Source of the DNA: Planctomycetota bacterium
GTDB taxonomy: Bacteria > Planctomycetota > UBA1135 > GCA-002748355
Length of the DNA: 63,380 nt
Reading direction: 5' to 3'
NCBI GenBank assembly: GCA_002685965.1
Contig: NYZE01000009.1
Span: 2,882-66,261 of the forward strand
The position numbers and the translations under genes were made by a program. The notes below the pieces were generated by a model, which saw only the letters and a program-made list of their open reading frames with translations, was not told the origin of the DNA and did no database searches. Position 1 is the first letter of the stretch. Every line of letters begins with the position of its first letter. Of this stretch, positions 33,977 through 44,148 are shown one piece after another.

Positions 33977-36178
33977 CTACCGCCCCCGCCTCGCGTTGCG
34001 GCCACGGCGCCCTTGCCCTTCGTACGCCGGCAACTCCAGCATCTTCGGGTCTAGCTTCCCCAGCGCAGCCTGAAGCTCCTCGGCGAGTCCGTCGCGCTTC
34101 TCTTGCCTCAGTGCTGCGAGCACCATCTTGGCCGTGTCGACCGGCGAGAGGCTAAGACCATCGAGCGTCGCGGCAGCCGACGCCTTGCGTGCGAACGAGG
34201 CGAGCAACAGGTCCAGCGCTAGCTCGTTGTCGGTGCGCTCGAAGGCAAGTCGCGCCTTGCCGGCGATCGCAAGCGCAATGTAGTGGTCGGCGGAAGGCTT
34301 GCTGCCGGGTTTGGCCTTGATCGCCTGCTCGTAGTGGGCAACCGCACGGTTGTAGGCGGCAATCGCGTCGGCATCACTGCCGGCGCGGCGATGGAACTCC
34401 GCCGCAACGATCGACGTGTAACCCGCAAACCAGCTCAGCGTCGGCGACGCACCGGGCTTCTTGAGCATGGCTTCATACGTTTCCTCGAGCCCGGCGATGC
34501 CCTTGTCCTTGAGCAGCATGCTGCGCAAGCGATCGTGCAGAACCCAAGACTCCGGGAACTTCGTAAGGCCTTGGTTGAGACAGCGGGCTGCCTTGCCCTT
34601 GGCGCCGAGCCAAACAAGGAAGTCGTAGTGATTGGCCGCGTGCGTCGCAGTGCCGAGCGGGTGCCGCGCAATGACCGCATAGGTCGAGTGAACGTCGGTC
34701 ACCCAGTTCGGCGCCCAGTCTTGTTTCCTGCGCCAGGCGCCAACGATCGCCCGTTGGCGCGCAGCAGCGAACAACTCGAGCGTCGTCAGCGCCTTCTTGC
34801 CGTTGGCCCGCGCCGGCATGCTCTTGATTGCGGCCTCAGCACGCTTGTCCGCCTCCGTGCGGTCACCGAGGTGCTTCGAGGCGATGGCCAGAGTCGAGTC
34901 GACGCGCCAGCCCTTGGCACCAAGCCGCTCTGCTTCGAGAGCAGCCGTCCGGGCATCCTCGAACATCAGCCTGGCGTAGCTCTGCGCCGAACGCACGCCA
35001 ACGATTCGAGTGCGAGCCGTCTCGGGATCGAGGGCGAGGGCGAGCGATGCCTCGGCAAGCTCGAGCTTGGCATTCGGATCGGCTGGCCGCTTGCGCGACG
35101 CTTTGTCGCCGGCCTCGAGCCGCGACTCGATCCTGGCGCGATCTGCCGGCGCCGGATACTCGGATCCGGCCAGCGCCGATGACCAGCTGCCCACGTCCAG
35201 TCCGCTGGCCTTGGAGGCGAGCCCCTTGTGCACGACCGCCAGCGTGCGCGCGCGACGCGACGACTTACCGAGCCGGCCGAGGGCAGCGATGAGCGACTCA
35301 CGCTCCTTCACCCCCATCGGTACACGCAGGGCTTCGTTGATGACGTCGATCGATCCTGCCGAGGTCGACGAAGAGAGGGCCTGGCGCGCTAGTCGACTGA
35401 GGTCCGGTTCGAAACCGAAGATCGCGAGTCGGAGCAAGTCGTCGGGCGCAGCAACGGCGTTCTGCAGCGCGGCTTCGAGCAGGCGCCGACGCAGCGCGGC
35501 ATCGCCCTTGGTGTAGGCCTTCTCCACGGCCTTGCGGTCATCGAGATCACGGCTCGCAACACGCTCAACGATCGTGCGGTCGCCACGGACAATGATCGGC
35601 GGTGGACCGTTCCGTTTGGACATGCCCTCGTCGATGGCCTTGAACACCGAATCGGTATCGAAGGCGTAGTAGACATCGTAGGCCTCCTTGCCATCGAGCT
35701 CGACCATGATGTGGCGTGGCGCGATGCGCTTGCCGTCGAAGAACTTCTCGTAGAGGATCGGCTCGATCGCGATGTGCTCGCCGCAGGTCACGCTGCCGAA
35801 GCGCGGGCAGAGCACGCGATGTCCGTGCTCGTCGTAGTCGCGCGGCGTGTGCCGGTAGACCGACGCGATCACGCAGACATAGGGATCGTAGAGCTTGGCC
35901 TTGGCTGGCTCGCGATAGCGGACCCCCGCGTAGTGCTCACTGGCGATCTCGCCGTCCATGTTGATGCAGATCAGGATGGGGCGGCGCGTCTCCTTCGAGA
36001 CAGCCAGGGCGTCCTCCCACGTGCGCTGGAACTTGATCAGGACCGGCTTCTTCCAGCCAGCGGCGGTTGCGGCGGGCCACATGCGTTCGCGCGCGGTCTG
36101 GGCCACCGACGGGTCGCAGGCGGCGGCGAAAAACAGGGCGGCGAGCAGGGCTCTCTTGTGCGGTATCTGCGTCATCAT
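33977..36178 (-). CDS. secreted thioredoxin-fold (no redox Cys pair) plus TPR-like helical repeat protein
   Basis: 733 aa with signal/lipobox FFAAAC. The N-terminal KKPVLIKFQRTWEDALAVSKETRRPILICINMDGE resembles the N-terminus of ORF 52887-53114. The remainder is all-helical and Ala/Leu-rich. Confidence 0.6.
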   Translation of the reverse strand: MMTQIPHKRALLAALFFAAACDPSVAQTARERMWPAATAAGWKKPVLIKFQRTWEDALAVSKETRRPILICINMDGEIASEHYAGVRYREPAKAKLYDPYVCVIASVYRHTPRDYDEHGHRVLCPRFGSVTCGEHIAIEPILYEKFFDGKRIAPRHIMVELDGKEAYDVYYAFDTDSVFKAIDEGMSKRNGPPPIIVRGDRTIVERVASRDLDDRKAVEKAYTKGDAALRRRLLEAALQNAVAAPDDLLRLAIFGFEPDLSRLARQALSSSTSAGSIDVINEALRVPMGVKERESLIAALGRLGKSSRRARTLAVVHKGLASKASGLDVGSWSSALAGSEYPAPADRARIESRLEAGDKASRKRPADPNAKLELAEASLALALDPETARTRIVGVRSAQSYARLMFEDARTAALEAERLGAKGWRVDSTLAIASKHLGDRTEADKRAEAAIKSMPARANGKKALTTLELFAAARQRAIVGAWRRKQDWAPNWVTDVHSTYAVIARHPLGTATHAANHYDFLVWLGAKGKAARCLNQGLTKFPESWVLHDRLRSMLLKDKGIAGLEETYEAMLKKPGASPTLSWFAGYTSIVAAEFHRRAGSDADAIAAYNRAVAHYEQAIKAKPGSKPSADHYIALAIAGKARLAFERTDNELALDLLLASFARKASAAATLDGLSLSPVDTAKMVLAALRQEKRDGLAEELQAALGKLDPKMLELPAYEGQGRRGRNARRGR

Positions 36179-36264
36179 GCGGCTTTGAGAATGGGTCCCT
36201 GATCGCCCTCAGGATACGCGCTTCGCGTCGTTCTTGAGAGCCCGACCAAAGTGTCTATTGTCCA

Positions 36265-37257
36265 GTGGTGACCGAGATCTCCGCAGTCGCCGAGCGTATC
36301 GCGCAGGAATGCGCGTTTCTGGACGAGGTAGCCCGCGAGGTCGAAGGGGTGGTGGTCGGCCAGCGCGCCCTGCTCGACGGCATGCTGATCGGGCTGCTCG
36401 CAGATGGACACGTCCTCGTCGAAGGCGTTCCGGGCCTCGCCAAATCGCTCGCCGTGCAGTCGTTCGCGACCGCGCTCGGCGGCACCTTCCGACGATTGCA
36501 GTTCACGCCGGACCTCCTGCCTTCGGACGTGGTCGGCACGCAGGTCTACAACCCAAAGAGCGGTGAGTGGAGCGTGCGTGAGGGTCCGGTGTTCGCGAAC
36601 TTCGTGCTCGCCGACGAGGTCAACCGCGCGCCGGCCAAGGTGCAGTCGGCTCTGCTCGAGGCCATGCAAGAGCGACAGGTGACACTGTCTGGCGAGACCC
36701 ATGCCCTACCGGCACCCTTCCTCGTATTGGCGACCCAGAACCCGCTCGAGCAGGAAGGCACCTACGTGCTGCCCGAGGCGCAGATCGACCGCTTCATGCT
36801 CAAGGTCGTTGTCGACTACCCCTCGAAGGAGGACGAGGATCGCATCATCTTGCGCATGGCCACCAACGCCGAAAAGCCGCAGGCGAGCGTGGTCGCATCA
36901 CCGGAAAAAGTCCTGGCAGCGCGTGCCCTTCTCGATTCGATCTACGTCGACGACCTCGCGCGCGGCTACGTCGTCGACCTCGTGTTCGCGACGCGGAAGC
37001 CTGCCGACTACGGCATCGGTGAGTTGGCGCCACTCATCCTGTACGGCGCGTCGCCACGCGCCTCGATCGCCCTGACTCAGGCCGCGCGGGCACATGCCCT
37101 TCTGCATGGGCAAGCCTTCGTGACGCCGAACGACATCAAGTCCGTCGCCATGAACGTGCTGCGCCACCGCATCATCACGACCTACGAGGCGGAAGCCGAA
37201 GCCGTGACGGCCGACCAGATCGTGCAGAAGGTGCTCGACTCGGTCGCCGTTCCGTAG
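36265..37257 (+). CDS. moxR: MoxR-family AAA+ ATPase
   Basis: Motifs are [13 protein letters not shown] (Walker A), [31 protein letters not shown] (Walker B / sensor) and [12 protein letters not shown]. Confidence 0.9.
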   Translation: MVTEISAVAERIAQECAFLDEVAREVEGVVVGQRALLDGMLIGLLADGHVLVEGVPGLAKSLAVQSFATALGGTFRRLQFTPDLLPSDVVGTQVYNPKSGEWSVREGPVFANFVLADEVNRAPAKVQSALLEAMQERQVTLSGETHALPAPFLVLATQNPLEQEGTYVLPEAQIDRFMLKVVVDYPSKEDEDRIILRMATNAEKPQASVVASPEKVLAARALLDSIYVDDLARGYVVDLVFATRKPADYGIGELAPLILYGASPRASIALTQAARAHALLHGQAFVTPNDIKSVAMNVLRHRIITTYEAEAEAVTADQIVQKVLDSVAVP

Positions 37258-37284
37258 GTCGGGAGAAGTTGCTTGTCCCCGGAG

Positions 37285-38430
37285 TCAGACCCCGTTGACC
37301 AACGAAACCACACCTTTGACGTAGCCGGGACGCTGGTGATCGCCTTCGAAGGCTGACGGTAAGGCGGCGAGCCCCCTGTAGCGATGCGTCAAGAGCGGGT
37401 CGACCTCAATGCGACCTTCCTGGAGCAAGCGCAGGCTGTCGCGATAGACGGTCGGGCGGCCATCGTCATCGAAGCCGCCCGAGCCACCGACCGAGACAAC
37501 GAGCGTCGGCTCCTTCCACTGGAGTTCGTTGAGCACGTCGAGCGACGCGTCGCCGTGGCCGATGCCATACATGCACACGGTCGCTTGCTTGCGCATCCAG
37601 CGCGGGATGTCGGCATAGATCGTGCCGGAGCCGGTGCATTCGACGACCAACTCGACACGGCGGCCGGACGTGGCATCGAGCACCGCCGCCGTCACGTCCG
37701 TGGTGGTCGGATCGATCACTTCCGCGCCGAAGCTCCTCGCCAACTCGCGTTTCGCCGCGTCGAGTTCGGTCACGAGGGCGAGGCCGTCGAAGCCCACGAC
37801 GTGCCGCAAGGTCTGCAGGAACAACAATCCGGCTGGACCGGCGCCGCAAATCAGGACGCTCTGCACGGGTCGCTGACCCCCGAACGAGTAGCGCGAGTTG
37901 GCTTGCCCAACCGCATCCCAGGTGTGCAGGATGCAGGCGAGCGGCTCGGTCAGTGCCGCCCGTGCCGACGACAGGTCGCTGTCGATGCGCACGGCATTGC
38001 GCGCCGAGATACCGATGAACTCGGCGAAGCCCCCCGGCAGGCCGGTGATGCCGTGCTCGCCATAGTGCGCACACTGGTGCGAGTCACCGCTCAGACAGTA
38101 CTCGCACGGCGGCTCACGCATCATGCTCATGCACGTGATGCCCTGATCGAGCACGACTCGGTCACCGATGTCGAGGTCGTGCACCTGGTTGCCTATAGCT
38201 TCGACTGTCCCCGCGATCTCATGCCCGAGCACCTGCGGCGACTCGGACAGAGGGACGGGCCTGCCGGCGGCATCGAAGTTGTAGTTGGACTCGCCGGAGA
38301 AGATGTGGAAGTCGGTGCCACAGACGCCGACGGTGTGCGGGCGCACGATCACATCATTCGAACCCAGCTCAGGGTCGGCGACCTCCTGAATCTCCATGCG
38401 GCGAACGCCGACGAGAACGCTGGCAAGCAT
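37285..38430 (-). CDS. Zn-dependent medium-chain dehydrogenase/reductase (sorbitol/threonine dehydrogenase-like)
   Basis: ATG 38430 gives MLASVLVGVRRMEIQEV. Motifs are GVCGTDFHI, GHEIAGTV, CEYCLSGDSHQC (structural Zn) and ICGAGPAG (Rossmann fold). Confidence 0.8.
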   Translation of the reverse strand: MLASVLVGVRRMEIQEVADPELGSNDVIVRPHTVGVCGTDFHIFSGESNYNFDAAGRPVPLSESPQVLGHEIAGTVEAIGNQVHDLDIGDRVVLDQGITCMSMMREPPCEYCLSGDSHQCAHYGEHGITGLPGGFAEFIGISARNAVRIDSDLSSARAALTEPLACILHTWDAVGQANSRYSFGGQRPVQSVLICGAGPAGLLFLQTLRHVVGFDGLALVTELDAAKRELARSFGAEVIDPTTTDVTAAVLDATSGRRVELVVECTGSGTIYADIPRWMRKQATVCMYGIGHGDASLDVLNELQWKEPTLVVSVGGSGGFDDDGRPTVYRDSLRLLQEGRIEVDPLLTHRYRGLAALPSAFEGDHQRPGYVKGVVSLVNGV

Positions 38431-38468
38431 CCGGTAAGCTTGCGACCCCGAAGACGCCTTGTCGAACA

Positions 38469-39392
38469 ATGACACAAACCGACCACCACGAATCCGAGCT
38501 GGCTGAGCTCCTCGAAGAAGTTCGCCGGATCGAAGCCCAGAGCAGCCGACTCGTCGCGGGCGTCATGGCAGGCGGCTACAGCTCGGTGTTTCGTGGCTCG
38601 GGCATCGAGTTTGACCAGATCCGCGAGTACGTCGACGGCGATGATCCGCGTGCGGTCGATTGGAACGTCACGGCACGCGCCGGCCGGCCCTTCATCAAGG
38701 AACACGTCGAGGAACGCGAACGCACGCTGCTCTTCCTGCTCGACCTGTCGGCGTCGATGACTGGCGGCTTCGGCGTATGGTCGGCGCGCCAGACGGCGGC
38801 GCGCGTCTGCGCTTGCCTGGCCCTATCGGCCGTACAGAACGACGACCGGGTCGGGCTCATCGGCTTCAGCAATCGCGTCGACAAGTTCGTGCCGGCGCGC
38901 AAGGGCGTGCGGCACCAGCTCCGCATCCTGCGCGACTGCTTGACTCTGCCCGGAAGTAGCGCAACCACCGACATGACGCCGGCGATCGAGTTCGCGGCGC
39001 GCATCGTGCGCCGGCGCTCGATCCTCTTCCTCGTCTCGGACTTCCTGTGTGACGGATGGCAGCAAGCACTGACGTTGTGCGCGCGCCACCACGACGTGGT
39101 CGCGGTACGACTCTCGACGCCCGAACTGACGCCCGCGGATGATGCAGATCTGGTGCGATGCCGCGACCCCGAGACGGGGCAGGACACGATCATCGACTGG
39201 GGTAGTCGACACGTGCGCGCGGCCTGGACCGATCGCGTGGCCGAGTGGCAGGCACGGACCAGCGCCGACCTGCGCCGGGCGAAGGTGGACCTGATGGACG
39301 TCGCCGTGCCGCGTGAGCCCGACCATGACGCGATCGCCCGGCCGATCCTGCGTTTCTTCCGCTTGCGCGAGCTGCGCGCTGCCAAACGGTGA
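38469..39392 (+). CDS. DUF58 protein (MoxR-associated, VWA-like)
   Basis: EYVDGDDPRAVDWNVTARAGRPFIKEHVEERERTLLFLLDLSASM is the canonical DUF58 core. Confidence 0.85.
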   Translation: MTQTDHHESELAELLEEVRRIEAQSSRLVAGVMAGGYSSVFRGSGIEFDQIREYVDGDDPRAVDWNVTARAGRPFIKEHVEERERTLLFLLDLSASMTGGFGVWSARQTAARVCACLALSAVQNDDRVGLIGFSNRVDKFVPARKGVRHQLRILRDCLTLPGSSATTDMTPAIEFAARIVRRRSILFLVSDFLCDGWQQALTLCARHHDVVAVRLSTPELTPADDADLVRCRDPETGQDTIIDWGSRHVRAAWTDRVAEWQARTSADLRRAKVDLMDVAVPREPDHDAIARPILRFFRLRELRAAKR

Positions 39393-40186
39393 TCGCCCTC
39401 GCCCTGATCGTCCTCGTAGCAGCGGGACCAGACGTCGAGTTGCGCATTACCGCTGAGTCGACCCGCGTCGACTTCGGCAAGGCGTTCGAGCTCACCGTCG
39501 TGCGCACTTGGAACAAGAAAACCTCAGCCGCCCCTTGGCTCGACGATGCGTTGACGCCGCTCGTCGTGCGACTGGTCGAACGATCGCAGCGCGAAGTCGG
39601 CGACCGGTTCGAGGAAACACGTCGCTACCGCGCCTACGCATTCAAGACTGGCACGGTGACCTTGCACGTTGCGCCAGCACCGGCGCTGCAGTTCCAGGTG
39701 CGACCCGTGCTCGAAACATCGACTACGGGAGCAGTCGAGTTGCCGCGCGGACCGTTCCGCCTGCCGACGCCGTGGCCGCTATGGCCGCTTCCCGCGGCGG
39801 CCGCAACCATCGCCGTGGCTTGGTTCCTTCGACGTAGCATGGGCCACCGCGGCACCGGAACAGTTGGACTGAGAGGACCTGCCTTGCAACGCCTCGCTGC
39901 GCTCCACGAGCGGCAACCGACGAACCCCGACGAACTGCGAGCCTGGCACGTCGAAGCGTCCGCCGTCCTGCGCGGCTACGTCGACGCCCGCTTCCAGATC
40001 GGTGTTCCCCAAATGACGACGGAGCAGGTGGCGCGGGTGACCGGGCTCGTTCCGCGCACGACGCTCGTAACGTTGCTGGCACCCTGCGACCTCGCCAAGT
40101 TCGCGCGACACCAGCCGTCGGCCAACGACCGCGACGCGCTCGTTACCCGGATCCAGCAGTTCATCGAGGCCAAACACGGGCCATGA
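39389..40186 (+). CDS. DUF4381-like single-pass membrane protein of the Bat operon
   Basis: GTG sits in a GTGA overlap. The central TM segment PLPAAAATIAVAWFLRR is followed by ALQRLAALHER...LRGYVDARF, the pattern seen between DUF58 and batA in Bat loci. Confidence 0.55.
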   Translation: MIALALIVLVAAGPDVELRITAESTRVDFGKAFELTVVRTWNKKTSAAPWLDDALTPLVVRLVERSQREVGDRFEETRRYRAYAFKTGTVTLHVAPAPALQFQVRPVLETSTTGAVELPRGPFRLPTPWPLWPLPAAAATIAVAWFLRRSMGHRGTGTVGLRGPALQRLAALHERQPTNPDELRAWHVEASAVLRGYVDARFQIGVPQMTTEQVARVTGLVPRTTLVTLLAPCDLAKFARHQPSANDRDALVTRIQQFIEAKHGP

Positions 40187-41157
40187 CCACGATCCTCGAT
40201 CCCTGGATGTTGCTGCTCGGCCTGCTCGTTCCAATCGCAGCAGGGCTAAAGGCGCGGCGCGGAACAGCGGCAGTGCGCTTCGCGCCTGCACGCCTGGCCG
40301 GCCGCGACCTGCCCCGCTCGTGGCGCACGCTTCTGGTTCCTCTACCACGCGTGCTGCAAGTCCTCGGCTTGCTCGGCATCGTCATCGCCCTGTCGCGCCC
40401 GGCGTACCGCGTGCCGCTGCCACGCACGACCGAGGGCATCGATATCCTGTTGTGCCTCGACGTGTCGTCGTCGATGGCCACCAACGACATGGATCCGAAG
40501 CTGACGCGACTCGACCTGGCGAAGCAGGCCGCGACGAGTTTCTCTGCGGGCCGGCCACACGATCGCATCGGCCTGTTGTGCTTCGCGCGGTACCCGGATC
40601 TGGTTTGCCCATTGACGCTCGACCAAACGGCGCTCGCGGACTTCCTCGCTGGCGTCGGCCACGTCGAGGCAGACGGCGCCGAGGACATGACAGGTATCGG
40701 CACCGCGGTCGCGCGCGCGGCACAGGTGCTGCGAACCAGCCTCGCCAACTCCAAAGTCGTCATCCTCTTGACCGACGGTGAAGAGAACGTCGCAACCCGC
40801 GAAACACCGAACGAGATCGGACCAGCCAAGGCGGCACGCCTGTGCGAGCGGCTTGGCGTGCGCGTGTACACCGTCGCCGCCGGAATCGGCAAGCGCCGCC
40901 GCACGGGCGAGTGGGTGCCCGTCGACACGACACAAGTGTCACGACTCGCGGAACGCACGGGTGGCGCCTTCTTCGCGGCACGCGACGCAACCGCGATCGC
41001 CGCTGTCTACACGACGATCGACGAGCTGGAACGGTCACGGTTCGAGGGCCCGCGCTACCGCATCGAGGACCGTTTCCTGCCCTTCCTCTCGACCGCCGTC
41101 CTGCTCCTGCTACTCGGCAGGTGCCTCGCCGGGACCGTGTTCAGGGTGCTGCCGTGA
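40183..41157 (+). CDS. batA: VWA-domain membrane protein BatA
   Basis: ATGA overlap. It has an N-terminal TM segment, MIDAS LCLDVSSSM, LLTDGEEN and a C-terminal TM segment. Confidence 0.8.
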   Translation: MTTILDPWMLLLGLLVPIAAGLKARRGTAAVRFAPARLAGRDLPRSWRTLLVPLPRVLQVLGLLGIVIALSRPAYRVPLPRTTEGIDILLCLDVSSSMATNDMDPKLTRLDLAKQAATSFSAGRPHDRIGLLCFARYPDLVCPLTLDQTALADFLAGVGHVEADGAEDMTGIGTAVARAAQVLRTSLANSKVVILLTDGEENVATRETPNEIGPAKAARLCERLGVRVYTVAAGIGKRRRTGEWVPVDTTQVSRLAERTGGAFFAARDATAIAAVYTTIDELERSRFEGPRYRIEDRFLPFLSTAVLLLLLGRCLAGTVFRVLP

Positions 41158-42134
41158 TCTGGCCGGAAGCGATGCTCTTCCTGTTGTTGGTGCCGCTGAC
41201 GTGGCTGCTGTTGCAGAGATTGGACCGCGTTCGCCGCGACCGCCTCAAGCGCTACGTCGGAACGCGGATTGGCGCGGCCGTGGGCGATAGCGGCGGGGAT
41301 CGCTGCCGCGTGCTATTCAGCAGCGCCCTGCTGCTCGCAGTGGTGGCGGTCATGCAACCCACATGGGGAACCGCAGTGCGGCACATCGACCAACTCGACG
41401 TCGACGTCGTGGTCTGCCTCGACGTATCACGCTCGATGCTCGCGCGCGACGTAGCCCCGAGTCGGCTAGCGCACGCACACACACAACTGCGCGAACTATC
41501 GGGAGCAGTGCGGGGCGGCCGGCTCGGCCTCGTCGCCTTCGCGGGGTCGGCGCGGCTGCGTGCACCGTTGACCAAGGACATGCAGTCGTTCGCGCAACTC
41601 GCCGAGCAAACCGACTCGCTGACGGTCGAACTCGGCGGCACCAACCTCGGCGCCGCGCTCGAGGTCGCACTGAAGGCCCTGCCGGATCCCGGCGACAACC
41701 CGGCCGCGGTGCTCCTGATCACCGACGGCGAGGACAACGAACAGCGCGGCCTTGCTGTCGCAGCGACGTGCAAGGAGCGCGGCATCACTGTTCACTGCGC
41801 CGGGATCGGCTCGGAGCTCGGCAGCAAGATCGTTGTCAGGGATGGCGACCGCGACACCTTCCTGCGTTCGCGGGGCGGCGACGAGGTCGTTTCCGCCATG
41901 GACGCCCCAGGCCTGCGCGGCATCGCGTCGAGCAGCAGAGGGACCTTCATCGACGCGAGCGCTTCCGAGCAAGCACTCGCCGACCTGTACGCCGCTCGCA
42001 TCCTGCCGATGGCTCGCAAATCACACGCCGAGCGTGACGGAAGCGAGCGCAAGAACCGCTTCCAGTGGCCGCTCTTGGCAGCATTCCTCCTGTGGCTGAT
42101 AGAGCTGTTCCTATCCGACCGGAGACGATCGTGA
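41154..42134 (+). CDS. batB: VWA-domain membrane protein BatB
   Basis: The GTG in a GTGA overlap gives VIWPEAMLFLLLVPLTWLLL. It has MIDAS VCLDVSRSM, LITDGEDN and a C-terminal TM segment. Confidence 0.8.
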   Translation: MIWPEAMLFLLLVPLTWLLLQRLDRVRRDRLKRYVGTRIGAAVGDSGGDRCRVLFSSALLLAVVAVMQPTWGTAVRHIDQLDVDVVVCLDVSRSMLARDVAPSRLAHAHTQLRELSGAVRGGRLGLVAFAGSARLRAPLTKDMQSFAQLAEQTDSLTVELGGTNLGAALEVALKALPDPGDNPAAVLLITDGEDNEQRGLAVAATCKERGITVHCAGIGSELGSKIVVRDGDRDTFLRSRGGDEVVSAMDAPGLRGIASSSRGTFIDASASEQALADLYAARILPMARKSHAERDGSERKNRFQWPLLAAFLLWLIELFLSDRRRS

Positions 42135-42766
42135 GACTCGCTTTCTCGATCGCCCTGCTGGCACTGACCTCGGCATGCACGCACGAGGAGTCGCCAGAGA
42201 CATTGTTCAATCACGCCCTCGCGGCGATGACGGACGACAGCATGCGCGCCGCGGAGATCGCGGCCGAGAAGGCCGCTGCCCGTGGCGGCTCGGACTTCAC
42301 GGCGCTGCGCGACTTCCTGCTCGGCAACGCCGCGTTTCGGCGCTGCGAACGGGCCGCGCCTCAGTCGGACACCCGCCAAGCGGATCCAACGACCTACGAC
42401 GACGCCATCGCCAACGTCGAACGCGCGCTGGGCTTCTGGCAACGATCGGCGGCCAGCCGGGCCGACTGGCCGGAAGCGAGGCGCAACGTCGAACGCGGCC
42501 TCCGCATGCGCAAGGCCCTGCGCAGCAGACGCGAACAAGCTGAGAAGGAACGACGCAAGACGCTCAAACAACCCGAGCGCAACAAGGAGCAGGGCGAAGA
42601 AGAAGAGCAGACTCGGAACGCTCTCGCGCAACGTGACCCACGGGCTCTGTCGCGAACTCAGCTCGAGCAACTTCTGGCCTGGCTCGACGCCAAAGAACAG
42701 CAGAAGCGTGCACTACGCAGCGCGCGGCAACGCGGTCGCTCACGCGATGTGGAGCGGGACTGGTGA
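42131..42766 (+). CDS. batC: BatC-like lipoprotein with a highly charged C-terminal region
   Basis: GTGA overlap. Lipobox LLALTSAC. It has a helical TPR-like N-half and a Lys/Arg/Glu/Gln-rich tail (EKERRKTLKQPERNKEQGEEEEQ...QLEQLLAWLDAKEQQKR). Confidence 0.5.
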   Translation: MRLAFSIALLALTSACTHEESPETLFNHALAAMTDDSMRAAEIAAEKAAARGGSDFTALRDFLLGNAAFRRCERAAPQSDTRQADPTTYDDAIANVERALGFWQRSAASRADWPEARRNVERGLRMRKALRSRREQAEKERRKTLKQPERNKEQGEEEEQTRNALAQRDPRALSRTQLEQLLAWLDAKEQQKRALRSARQRGRSRDVERDW

Positions 42767-44148
42767 AGCGACTTCTCATCAGCGTTTGTGCGCTCGCGTC
42801 CGTTGCTGGCTCGCAGAGCGGTCGCGTCCTGGTCGAGGTCAAGGCCGACCGCAGTCGCTACTTCGTGCAGCAGGTCGTTCGTGTCACGCTGCGCGTGCGC
42901 GTGGAGCGGAGCTTTCTCGAGAAGAACCTCATCCAACCGTTCCGGCGTGAACTCCAGCTCCCGCTGCGCGTCGACGCGCAGTGGCTCGATCGACTGCCAC
43001 ACGCGGCCATACTGCCAACCACAAAGGGCGCTCCCGTGCTCGTGGTCAACGGCAAGCTGGCGACCGCGAGGCGCATCGACGACGGCACGCAGTCGTTGGT
43101 CGTGTTCGAGTTGGTGCGCAGCTACCTGCCCGAACGACCCGGCACGCTCTCACTCGCTGCGCCGCGGGTTCGCTATTCCTATGCAACGAAGTTCCGCGAC
43201 GACTTCCTGAACGGCCGCCTGCCGGACGACCGACACGAGGGAGACGCGGTTGGGCCGAAACTGGAGCTCGACGTCGCTGTATTGCCCGACGGGGCGCCGA
43301 CAGAGTTCACGGGAGCGGTCGGACGCTTCACCGTGCGCGCCGACGCGGCGCCACGCGAGCTGCGTGCTGGCGAGAGCCTCAAGCTGAGCGTCACGATCGA
43401 GGGCAAGGGCAACCTGATGCAGTTCGCGCCGCCATCACTGGCGGAGCTCGACGGGTTTCACGTCCGCGGCAGCGTGGAGGCCAGCGACGCCAACCAACGC
43501 ACAATCGTCTACGACCTCGCGGCATTGCGCAGCGACGTGCACCAGGTTCCGCCCATCAGCTTCGCCTTCTTCGATCCAGGGCCGCCGCCGGGCTACCTGA
43601 CACTGCACACGCGAGCGATCGCCATCAAGGTCAGCGGCACTACAGCCGCAATAGTGGAGCCCGTACGATCCACGCCAGAGCGGCGACCGATTGCCGGCGT
43701 GAACGACATCTTCGGCATCAGAACCTCGCACGCTGCCGAACCCAACAAACTGTCGGTCGGCGCGGTCGCGGTCGCGATCACCTCACCGTGGCTACTTGCG
43801 GTCCTCGCCTTCGGCCTGTGGCGGTACGCCGAGCAACGACGTCGACGCGGACCGCCGCCACCGGATGGGGTCGCGTTGTTCCGCGAGCGTGCCAAGACGG
43901 CGAGTGTGCGCACGGCCTTCGTCGAGTTCCTCGCGGCACGATTGGCATGCCCGGCGGCGGCGGTGATCGGCCCCGAACTATCGAAGCGACTTGCCAACGC
44001 TGGGGTCGACAACGAGTCGGCACGGCAGGCCGACGCGCTGACCGGCGAACTCGTCGCCGAGCTCTACGGCGGCACGCATGGTAATCGCTCGACCGAAGCT
44101 GCCACTCTCGTGGCAAAGCTCGACGCTGCCTGGCGGGAGACACCGTGA
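42763..44148 (+). CDS. batD: BatD-like (oxygen tolerance) protein
   Basis: GTGA overlap. It has a signal peptide, a beta-rich body and a TM segment near the C-terminus (AVAITSPWLLAVLAFGLWRY), in the operon position after batA-C. Confidence 0.65.
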   Translation: MKRLLISVCALASVAGSQSGRVLVEVKADRSRYFVQQVVRVTLRVRVERSFLEKNLIQPFRRELQLPLRVDAQWLDRLPHAAILPTTKGAPVLVVNGKLATARRIDDGTQSLVVFELVRSYLPERPGTLSLAAPRVRYSYATKFRDDFLNGRLPDDRHEGDAVGPKLELDVAVLPDGAPTEFTGAVGRFTVRADAAPRELRAGESLKLSVTIEGKGNLMQFAPPSLAELDGFHVRGSVEASDANQRTIVYDLAALRSDVHQVPPISFAFFDPGPPPGYLTLHTRAIAIKVSGTTAAIVEPVRSTPERRPIAGVNDIFGIRTSHAAEPNKLSVGAVAVAITSPWLLAVLAFGLWRYAEQRRRRGPPPPDGVALFRERAKTASVRTAFVEFLAARLACPAAAVIGPELSKRLANAGVDNESARQADALTGELVAELYGGTHGNRSTEAATLVAKLDAAWRETP

